Shown here piece by piece: positions 53,738-64,000 of a stretch of DNA of 64,000 nt. Source of the DNA: Octopus sinensis (taxonomy: Eukaryota); the NCBI RefSeq assembly GCF_006345805.1, contig NC_043005.1, positions 37,696,001-37,760,000 on the forward strand, in the 5' to 3' direction. Made by a program: the position numbers and the translations under genes. Each line of letters opens with the position of its first letter. Positions within the stretch are counted from its first letter, which is position 1. The notes beneath the pieces are model-generated. The model worked only from the letters and a program-made list of their open reading frames with translations, did not search any database and was not told where the DNA came from.

Positions 53738-53825
53738 TTTCATTCTACACGTGTTTCGAAAGGCACAATTACCAAAATCCGATTGAATAATGGGACCATA
53801 TTGTGTCTTTCTCTTCAGGAAGAAA
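53738..53825 (-). ncRNA. Second copy of the same hammerhead motif on the minus strand (left arm of the palindrome)
   Basis: The reverse complement reads tttcttc-CTGAAGA-gaaagacacaa...ttgtgcctttc-GAAA-cacgtg-TA-gaatgaaa. It differs from the + copy only by a 1-nt indel in the stem II loop. Confidence 0.8.
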
Positions 53826-53980
53826 AAAGGAAATCCGTTGGAAAAACAAAAACAGAACAGAGGCAGAGCAAAAAACAAATCGAACTGTGCTCCTAAGAGC
53901 CCATGGCTCTTAGGAGCACAGTTCGATTTGTTTTTTGCTCTGCCTCTGTTCTGTTTTTGTTTTTCCAACGGATTTCCTTT

Positions 53981-54069
53981 TTTCTTCCTGAAGAGAAAGA
54001 CACAATATGGTCCCATTATTCAATCGGATTTTGGTAATTTGTGCCTTTCGAAACACGTGTAGAATGAAA
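53981..54069 (+). ncRNA. Type I hammerhead ribozyme motif, canonical core, palindromic stem III
   Basis: Stem I TTTCTTC (53981-87) pairs with GAA-t-GAAA (54062-69). Core CTGAAGA is at 53988-94. Stem II is GAAAG-a-CACAA (53995-54005) with TTGTG-c-CTTTC (54039-49). GAAA is at 54050-53, stem III is palindromic ACACGTGT, and the GUA cleavage triplet ends at A54061. Confidence 0.8.
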
Positions 54070-56883
54070 TAAAACGATTTCTGTTCAATCTGCGTTCAGC
54101 TCCATTTCTTCAATTCACCAATAATGTTTTAATTTCAATTATCCGCACCAACGCACGGTTGCAACGCCAGATGGTTGTACCTCCAACCGTGCTGTTCACT
54201 GCTGTGATTTTTGCTACTAAGGTATCGGTTAAACTTTTGATTATCTACTACAAGATTATTCATCTTTCTATTTCACATATATATATATATATATATGTAT
54301 GTATATATGTATGTATGTATATATAATGTATAGCTGTCAATTACATAAATAAAAGACATATAAGTACCTAGATCTCTCACGTTCAAACTAAATACTTTCA
54401 CGTAGTTTTCTAAACACTGGTTCCACATTATTTATAATAAAGATCATTATTTCAACTCTGCAACCCTCAGGGTTAAGGCCACTGAAGAAGTGGAGTTTTT
54501 GTTATATATTTGTATGGAAGCCTTTAATATTTATAGAATAGATAGTGTACTCCTTGTACACACCAAGAAAATATATTGTTTCTATTTGCATGTGACTGTT
54601 GTCACACATTCAGGCATCTACATACACTCTTTGATATCTGTAAAAATATATGAATAGATGGCTATTACACATATTTGCATTCATTCATACATACATGCAT
54701 TTTATGAATACAAAAAATGAAAAATAGAAACACATTTTTTTTCTGTCACCACAAAATGTCCTCATATTATTTTAGATATTTTGTTGTGTCTTTAGTAAAC
54801 ATTTTGTAGAGCAATTTTAAGTTATCACCTGATTTGCTGCAAGATTAAAAAATATTTATGTATATTGATAACGTCCTTTTTTGTGTGTATGTTCTCTTGT
54901 CTCCATCATTATTTCTTTATTTGTTTTCTTTTTCTTTCACTGTGTATTTTGTTTCTTAACTATGAATGTTGTGTTAAATGAAATAATTCAATTTTTCTAG
55001 TTTTTGATTTTTTTTTTCTGTTAAAATACTTTCATCTTCCTTGAATAAACAGGATAAAAAAATAATATATATAAATACAAATATATATATATATGCATAT
55101 ATATATGATGATACTTATGATAAGTATAGCAATTATTTTTAATGTAAAAATGTCTATGTAATCATTCACCCATATTTTTCATAAAAACAAAAAAAAAATG
55201 TAAATATTATATAAAAAAATAATATTAATAATGATTCTTTAAACTATTTTCTGACATTGAGAATCTCACAGTGGCACTGAAAACTCACCTTTTCTTTTTA
55301 GATATAGTTCTGCACATCCACAATAATTTATCATTTTTTGCTTGGATTGCACAATATGAAACTATTTTCACAAGTATTGAGGCAGAATAGAAGATGTATT
55401 TTAATATTTATACTTGTAATATTATAATTAAATATGATATTTATCTTTTTAACTTTTAAATTTCAGGTTCTAGTCCTAGTCATCCATTTTTTCTTTGGAA
55501 TTTTGACTAAATTGCACTTTCTTCATTTTATTATTGTTGACAAACTTATTTCAAAACTATTCCATTCATTTTTACTCCACTTATCACTTTTAAAAGCATT
55601 ATCCACAGATTCCCATCCACATTTTTGTTTCCTTAAATCATTTTCTAAATTTATTAAAATTCCTAATTAAATCTGATTAAGTAAAATAATATTAAAAAAA
55701 AAGAGAGACAGAAAAATTATGACAAATTATATCATTTAATACATTATAAATACATTTTGTTTGCCTTTTGTTTCTACAATACCTTAATACCCTGCTTGGC
55801 ATGCCATAGTATGAACTATCATTAGACACACAATGGAATATATCAGAATGGTAATTAGTAAGAAAAAATTGTGAACAATTAGAATTGCACATCAAATAAT
55901 TAACTTTAATATGTTTTTTTTTAATATTCTTTTCCCTTTATTTCCCATATTTCTGAGTAGAAATGGATTTAAAAAAAATATGATGTATGTGCTGCTTGTA
56001 CTCATATAAGAATGGATAGTTTTAAAGCTTGTGTGATCAATGAAGAAGAGGATGAAAAAAGAGGAAAAAGGATGATATAATAATTATTAGACATGAAATG
56101 ATAATTTGGAAGAATGAAGTCTGTTGTTGATTTAAAAGGTGTTAGGAAATCCTATTGCCACTAGATTCTACCTGAAGAGAAGAACTCTTATAGCTATGAT
56201 TAATATTCTTAAAGATAAAAAAGATTGCTATAGCTTAAGTACAAAACAAAAATTCTTCCAATGCTTGCATTGAAAACTCCCTTGTAATCACTTAAAACAA
56301 AGAGCTCTATAATGCTTGGTTGCAACTTTTGTAACGTCACAAGATTCTGACACATATATTTCTAAATGTTTCCAGATGGAGGTTGTAAAATATTTGTGTA
56401 TTAATTCTTCAAAGAAAATATTTATTGTCAGTTATGTGATATCAATTTTGCTAACATTTGGCATAATATAATTGAAAGGACAGCACAAGAACGTCTGGTA
56501 GTCAGTTGATATGAAATATTTGACAACAAATTGAAATACACAAATGCTCCCAAACAAACTTTTTTTTTAAAGTGCATCATTGCACTAAAAGACTTCTGTA
56601 AAGGAATGCACACCCAAAGGCATTCACACTCATTTACACATGCACTTTCAAAACATTTTACTGAATTATGTATTTAAGTCAGGAATTATTTATTACACTG
56701 ATAAAAGAAATGATGTCAAATAATATTTAAACTGTTTGTAACATATTCCTTACTCACTTCAGCTTTTACGCTCAAAGCAGTTTGTCCTTGATAACCTGCA
56801 TGCACAATACACACATTTGTGTATGTGTATGCATATATGTATGGGTATGTATGTATATATATATTTATATATATATATATATA

Positions 56884-57626
56884 TTGTTATACTTGGTGAT
56901 AGTAATTGTTTTAGGCATTGCTGTATCCAGCAGCCTAGCACTCTACTTCCTTTACTGAATACACACACACACACACACACTCACACATACATGCATTCAC
57001 ACACACACACACATGCATTCACACACACACACACACACGTTCACATGTGCATTTATGCATGCATATGTGTGTGTGTGTTGCATATATATGTATTTATTTG
57101 TACCCTAGATTATACATATTGCTCTGTTTGGGAAGTGAGTGTGAATCAGGGAGGAACTTTAGATTAACATGCTTCACAAGTTAAAGCCTGTTACTCTGAG
57201 TACTGGAGCTGTTTCATCAAAATATTAAGTTAATCTTCCAATCCTTCCATTGATATTATTCCATCATATCAACCCAGGAGATATGAAATGACAAATAAAC
57301 AGCTGCAAATTTTCAAGCATTTGTTTATGTACGGACATTTGTATATCCAACAGCCTTTCTGTCTACTCTCTATCCTCTGCATATATATACATATACTTTA
57401 TTTAAAGCAGCAGAAAATTCAACAAAACCTTTTACTCTGAGTTTCCCGTTGCATATTACTCTACCACTGGTATTTGAGTACTCTTTTTTCCACCTTGTTT
57501 CACATTTATGTGTTTACTCCGGTATATATATATATACATACTGTTATATCTAAATAGATTTCACTCTTTCTCACTCTCTCTCTCTCTTTCTCTCTCTCTC
57601 ACACACTCTCTCTCTTTCTCTCTCTA

Positions 57627-57667
<41 letters not shown>

Positions 57668-58409
57668 TGTTATACTTGGTGATAGTAATTGTTTTAGGCA
57701 TTGCTGTATCCAGCAGCCTAGCACTCTACTTCCTTTACTGAATACACACACACACACACACACTCACACATACATGCATTCACACACACACACACATGCA
57801 TTCACACACACACACACACACGTTCACATGTGCATTTATGCATGCATATGTGTGTGTGTGTTGCATATATATGTATTTATTTGTACCCTAGATTATACAT
57901 ATTGCTCTGTTTGGGAAGTGAGTGTGAATCAGGGAGGAACTTTAGATTAACATGCTTCACAAGTTAAAGCCTGTTACTCTGAGTACTGGAGCTGTTTCAT
58001 CAAAATATTAAGTTAATCTTCCAATCCTTCCATTGATATTATTCCATCATATCAACCCAGGAGATATGAAATGACAAATAAACAGCTGCAAATTTTCAAG
58101 CATTTGTTTATGTACGGACATTTGTATATCCAACAGCCTTTCTGTCTACTCTCTATCCTCTGCATATATATACATATACTTTATTTAAAGCAGCAGAAAA
58201 TTCAACAAAACCTTTTACTCTGAGTTTCCCGTTGCATATTACTCTACCACTGGTATTTGAGTACTCTTTTTTCCACCTTGTTTCACATTTATGTGTTTAC
58301 TCCGGTATATATATATATACATACTGTTATATCTAAATAGATTTCACTCTTTCTCACTCTCTCTCTCTCTTTCTCTCTCTCTCACACACTCTCTCTCTTT
58401 CTCTCTCTA

Positions 58410-58449
<40 letters not shown>
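56884..58449. repeat. Direct tandem duplication, two copies of a 783-bp unit
   Basis: ttgttatacttggtgatagtaattg occurs at 56884 and 57667. No substitutions were seen by eye. Junctions lie in (TA)n tracts. Confidence 0.95.
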
Positions 58450-58454
<5 letters not shown>

Positions 58455-58573
58455 ATGTGTGTGTGTGTGTTTATCAATTTGTGTTGCAAGATTCCTGATG
58501 TGAAATCATGGGTTGAAACAGACATTGTTGCATTTCGGGATGGTCATTTATATTTTTCTGCCTAATAAACACA

Positions 58574-58944
58574 CCATGTACAGAAAATAATTGTGCTGTC
58601 TGTAGGATAAACCCACTGGTTAACATTAAGGTTAGGAATATAGTGTAAAACTCTCGATGTACTGAGGGACAGTGCAGAAACATGACAACTATCTATGTTG
58701 GAGAGACTGCATGCAGCATAGGAGAGCACATAGGTGGACACTGGTGAGAGTTGAAAGAAGTGAAAGGCTTCTCAGTGCTCTACCAACACGTTCAGGCAGA
58801 ACATGGAAGCTTAATCAATAGCATAGAGGCTAAAATATTATTGGCTCATAGAACTAACACAACTCTTAGATAGGTCACAGAGGCTACACACACAGCAATA
58901 GACAGACCAAGCCTCAATAGAAAACATGAATGGAACAATAACAC
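58574..58944 (+). pseudogene. Penelope-like element GIY-YIG endonuclease relic
   Basis: One frame with 3 stops: PCTENNCAVCRINPLVNIKVRNIV*NSRCTEGQCRNMTTIYVGETACSIGEHIGGHW*...VLYQHVQAEH...KILL...LR*VTEA...RPSLNRKHEW. It shows a Cys-rich linker, NIV(Y)..C..YVGET, a His pair, and the EA and LN motifs. Confidence 0.8.
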
Positions 58945-59773
58945 CCACTATCACATCACACCAAATAACTAAAGACAGAAGGGAGGAGAGCAGAGAGAGG
59001 AAAAATAAACAAATAAATAAAACATGGATATAAACAGGGTACAAATGCACAATGGCCATATATGCACATACCTGTGATACATATAAGTAATAAAGAAAGA
59101 TAAATATAATAAATAAATAAATATATTTTGTCACATACCTGTGATAAATAAGAAATAAAGATAGATAAAAGATTAATTAATTAATCTATATGAAGGGCAT
59201 GGATACAAACAACATGCGAAGTGAACCCATATACATGCAGAAACACACACACAATAACTTCACAGACGGCCACAACAATATCAACAACTTGACTAACAAT
59301 GATAACAGCAGTGGTGATGACAATGATAGCAATAACAACAACAATTACCATGTTGGCAGCACCATGGATGAACACACAAATACAGAGAGATACAGGAACT
59401 GTACCAAATTTTCGGGACCTAGAACAGAAGCAGCACAACAGGATGAGAGGATGGGGCTGAGGGAATGCCATATTGCTACTAAGAACAATGGCATGCACCC
59501 AAGCATACATACACACATGCACCCAAAACGGATGCAAATGCATGTGCACATAAGGATACACTTCATAGAAGAGCATAATGGAGTAAGTGGAGCAAGAGCA
59601 CACACAAAAACGAAAAGTGTCACTGAAGAGGTCACAAATGTGTGATGAAAGATTTCCAGAAAATGGACATGAGTTAAAATAAGAACAGTAGTAAACGAAT
59701 GAAGAACAAATACATTGTGCATGTGTTTATTTGGCAAAAAAAACAACAAAATGACCATCCCAAAATACAACAA

Positions 59774-59865
<92 letters not shown>

Positions 59866-60930
59866 TATATAAATATGTATGTATGTATAAGTATATATAT
59901 GTACATAGGTATGTATTTATGTATAAGTATATATATGTATATATGTATGTATATATAAGTATATATATATGTATATATGTATGTATGTATATTATATATA
60001 TGTATGTATATATATAAGTATATATATGTATGTATTTATATATAAGTATATATATGTATGTATTTATATATAAGTATATGATGATGGTCGTCCACTCATG
60101 ACCGAGGAAGACCATTGCCGACCTTCAGGAACATTGTGCGCTCTAGGACTAACTTATATTTTGCATTTGCGGCTCCGCAAATGCATAAGTATACATATGC
60201 ATATATATGTGTGTGTGAGTGTATGTGTGTGTGTATAGGTAGATAGACATAGATGTATAACTGTGTATGTATGTGTTTTGTGCATTTATAGAAGGCAAAC
60301 CTTCTATGAAAGGAATTTCATATAAAATTATGATCCAAATACCGGTTCAATGATAGTATTTTAATAAATTCTCCATTTCATTATTTTAAGATATAATGTA
60401 ACCAAAAATAGTGCATTTCTGCAGAACTCATTACCATTATTATGATTGTCATTTAATATTTGTATTCCATGCTGCCATAGTTTGGATGGTTGAACAGGAA
60501 CCAGTGAGTCCAAGGATTGTGCTGAACACCATTGATTCCTTTCACATGTTTTCTACTGCTGGATGCTTTTTTTTTTTCTGATACCAACTAATTTACAGAA
60601 TGTACTGGGTGCTTTTTCATGAAACCAACTCTAGTGAAGTCAGCAAGTATCTTGCAAGTCATAATATATTAGCACTGCAGTATGTAAGAAGGTTGCTTTA
60701 TACCAGGTATTGAAAGGCTAAAGTATGACAAAGGGACAGAAGAGCTACATGGCTGCCCTAGCTGGAAAGAGATAAACAGCAAGAATGTACCCTCGAGGTT
60801 CAAGGTGAATATAAGGTAGAGAAGAGAGTAGCAAAAAGAGTGGGTGATAGGTTAGTTCCATGAGTATGTGAAAGGAGTATGACTGTTGTTTAGAGATGGG
60901 AATAGAGGTGGACCCAGTGATGGGAAGCTG

Positions 60931-61216
60931 ACCAGAAAAAATGCCACATGAAAAAGTGTCACAGTAAAAATGTGACAGCAAAAATGTCACTGGTAAAAAT
61001 TCAACAATAAAGTATCATGGGTAAAAATGGAGTCCATGTTCAAATTTTTCCAAAATAGGAATAGATGTGGGTAATTACAATTTTACATTCACTCTACCTC
61101 CAAAATATATTCATCATCTTTATTGTTATGCATCTGTACACTATACTACTAGGGTAGTTTAACAAACTGTTAGTTGCATTTTTACTGTGGAATTTTTTCC
61201 TGGGGCATTTTTCCAG
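60931..61216. mobile_element. Old MITE-like element with ~40-bp imperfect TIRs made of ~15-nt subrepeats
   Basis: Left accagaaaaaatgccacatgaaaaagtgtcacagtaaaaatg compared with the reverse complement of the right end, tcctggaaaaatgccccaggaaaaaattccacagtaaaaatg. Confidence 0.5.
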
Positions 61217-61413
61217 GATTCAACTGGGAGATACAGGTGGAGGCATGGTCAATACTGAATATAAGTTGAGGGGAGAAAAAGGTGAGTATTTGTACAAGGA
61301 ATCAAATTCCATCATTTGGGTTTCATGAATTACAGAACTCTCAAACATTTTAAGGAGAAGACATAATTCATAATTTTCCTGAATAATTTCCTTCATTTCT
61401 GAGAATACAGTGA

Positions 61414-61468
<55 letters not shown>

Positions 61469-64000
61469 TATATGTATATATAAAGTAAAGCCAACAAGTG
61501 TCATTACAATAATAATACTAGTAATCATAATAATAATAATAGTAGTAGTACTTATTTTAATTTTATATATCATTATTATTATTTGGTTATTATTGTTATT
61601 ATTATTTTTTAGCTTTGGTATTAGTATTTTACTTAGCTTCACTATTAGCATTATCCTAAAAGACAGGGAATAAATGAAACTGAAAATAAAAGCAATGAAT
61701 ATAGCTGAGAAAAGTAGAAAATTTAAGTCTGATAGAATATATACAGAAACTATATGTTGCACTGTAAGAGAAAAAGAAATGGTTGTAGCTTAAATGTGTG
61801 TGTGTGTAGACATATGTGTATATATAAATATCTGTTTATTAGGGTACACATACTTGCAGATATACATGTATGCATGTATGTATGTATAAGTGTAGAAAAT
61901 AGATGTAAAAATCAAATCGAATGTATGTATACATGTGGAAATTCTCTATAGATTTGGAACTCTGAATAGTAAGGCATAAAGAATATTTCTGTTAGTTCTC
62001 TACCAACTGTATGATATCCACTTCTCTCTTGGTGTATTAATAACGATTGCTTTTGACAAGGTAATTTTGGTTTGAGACAACTAGAGACATTTCCACTAAC
62101 TTCAGTATTATTGGAATCCCACTAGCCATATGGTTCTAAAGGGCATCGCAACAAGACTTATCGTATTGTAGCACTTTTAAGACATGTTAACCAGGAAAGT
62201 CCATTTCTTCATGTAGGTATGATCAGGTTGTAGTGAGATACATGAAGTTATGGATGTTTGTAGGAGTGGCAGTAGTAGTTATGCGAGCATTTTAGTAGTC
62301 AATCTTGCTGGCAGTGTCAATGTAGTAGGAGTGCTGACATCAGTGTTTAAGGGTTTTCACAAGAAAAAAATTAGGTGAAAAATATAGTAGTGGTGACGGT
62401 GGTAGTAGTGGCTGTTTGCAGTAATAAACGTATTTTCAGAGTAGCAGAAAAGATAGAATTTATATTTGTTTCAGAAAGAATGTTACTATTGTTGTAACAG
62501 CTCCAGGCTAAGGAATGGTTTAGTCGCATATAATTCACTTTAGTTCTTGTAAAGGTTATTGGTGATAAATGATGAAAACATTTTGTTATGAAAATCATAT
62601 TCTAGTTTAGGGACAATGTTGTTAAGGAGTAAAATCCTACTTTAGTGGACATTATCTCTTACCGTTTCTTTTGTCTTCCTTCGTCTCTGTTTTGTGTTCT
62701 GCCACTCTTTATCATCCTATCATTAAAACTTCTAAATTAATGCTTTCCAAATGTTTTAACTCAAAACGCTTTTCCTTTACAAACACTTTGTCAATAACAC
62801 CCCTGGTGTGATTCAACAAAATTATGTAAACTTTAAAAAATTGCTGCAGTTGATCAGTTGGCTATCATTAAAAAAAAGATTACTTCTATGTAAGTCATTT
62901 CATCAATATATATGGTATATCACAGCATCGTTTCAACTATAAATCTTACCAGAGGATTAGCATGCATGATATAAATTGAAAATAACCATCTTTATCAATT
63001 CACATCTGCTTCCCATGGTTGGACTGTTTGACAGGATTTGGTAAGCCACTAAGCCATATTGAGCTCCAATGTCAGCTTTGGTACGGTTTCTACAGCTGGA
63101 TGCCCTTCCTAATACCAACCACTTTAGAAAGTGATCTGGGTGCTTTTCTTTTTGTAACGGTGGCTTTACTGAGGTCACCAAGTAAATTGCAAGACAGAAA
63201 AAGGACAGAGAAAAGGGAGAAAAGCATTCATTACTTATTAAAAGATGCACTTTTTTGTACCCCTCCTCACTAACCTCTTTGACCCCAGGATTTTGTGTAA
63301 AATTTCCCACCACCCACTTCAAGAACTACTGATGTAAGTTGACGTATATTCCTATGTAATTGTTAATTTCAATGAAAAATTTTGACAACAATGTAAACAA
63401 AATAAAAAATGTTAATGGAGGAAATTATGAAGATGATGAAAATAAGGATTAAATTTATAGAAAGTGGATTTCATGATAAAGGAAATCCAGTAAGCCTCTA
63501 CAAACAGGTCACTCTAGTATATACAGTAAAATGGATTTTCTCATATGAGAGTGAATCATCATGTAACATACGACTTTGTTACCATGGAAACAGTATCTCT
63601 ACATGTTAAGAACACAAACTGAATAAAATTACAATGAGCATGTTAGGTTATATATGATCCAGTCATCTATTAGTAATAATTATTCACAGTTATGTTGGAT
63701 GGATCATATATCGTATTTAATGTACACAGTATGTAGTAAACTTGAGGCTCTGGGCACCAAAACCTGAAGATTACTTGGTGACATTAGGCATGTTCTAAAA
63801 ACCTGCCTAGACTAAGTATCTAATGTATGAAACTATAAGTAGCTCATAATTACATATTGTGAACATTAAATGAAATCTGTCTCTCACCAGATGGAATACT
63901 TTTTTGTTGATCTTACCTTAACAGAAAAGTAAAAGTATACATATATATGTATGTATGTACATACGTTCGTTCATTCGTTCATTAAATTAATGTGTAAAAT

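Larger units (their letters stand above)
53680..54128. repeat. ~450-bp near-perfect inverted repeat (fold-back), arms ~222 bp, 3-nt loop
   Basis: Centre is GAGCC-cat-GGCTC (53897-53909). The arms are complementary out to aacattattggtg / caccaataatgtt, with only two single-T indels seen. (TA)n lies on the left; on the right ~150 bp of unique sequence is followed by (TA)n. This is consistent with an inverted pseudo-LTR of a Penelope-like element. Confidence 0.95.

Noticed and set aside
53735-54062. Two ORFs on opposite strands with near-identical peptides (MGPYCVFLFRKKKG...)
   Set aside because: A direct consequence of the DNA palindrome; no domain or splice context.
59190-59645. 151-aa ORF (MKGMDTNN...)
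   Set aside because: Low-complexity N/D/H-rich translation of AAC/CA-rich sequence downstream of the Penelope relic; no domain.
60070-60190. Two small hairpins (atggtc..gaccat and TGCATTTGCGG-CT-CCGCAAATGCA) in a CpG-rich 120-bp island
   Set aside because: Probably a short TE fragment; no motif I can assign.

Overview
This is an AT-rich animal genomic window dominated by microsatellites and interspersed repeats. The repeat families suggest a coleoid cephalopod, probably Octopus (inference from memory, no database search). I found only one well-supported host coding exon: a 195-nt phase 1-1 Sushi/CCP exon on the + strand (10358-10552), so most of the window is probably intronic or intergenic. 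Mobile-element content includes two tRNA-derived SINE families, a ~550-bp element always embedded in (ATT)n, RTE-clade LINE 3' ends, R4/Dong-like RLE LINE fragments, a DD37D (maT) transposase relic split by a SINE, a mariner relic and a Penelope-like GIY-YIG relic. There are two recent-looking tandem duplications (844 and 783 bp units). The most interesting signal is a set of minimal type I hammerhead ribozyme motifs with palindromic stem III, mostly inside fold-back elements. These are: a ~450-bp near-perfect palindrome with a canonical hammerhead on each strand (53680-54128); a hammerhead with the compensatory U3-A8 core capping a long rod (52957-53089); a U4C/extra-A variant (46089-46123); a palindrome centred on a half-hammerhead (43174-43289); and an old palindrome (22424-22803) whose two stem III copies differ by compensatory changes and whose centre is a G-U-rich, pre-miRNA-like hairpin. 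I saw no rRNA, tRNA gene or CRISPR array. Almost all ORFs in the supplied track are microsatellite or repeat artefacts. All alignments and folds were done by eye, and repeat boundaries are approximate.
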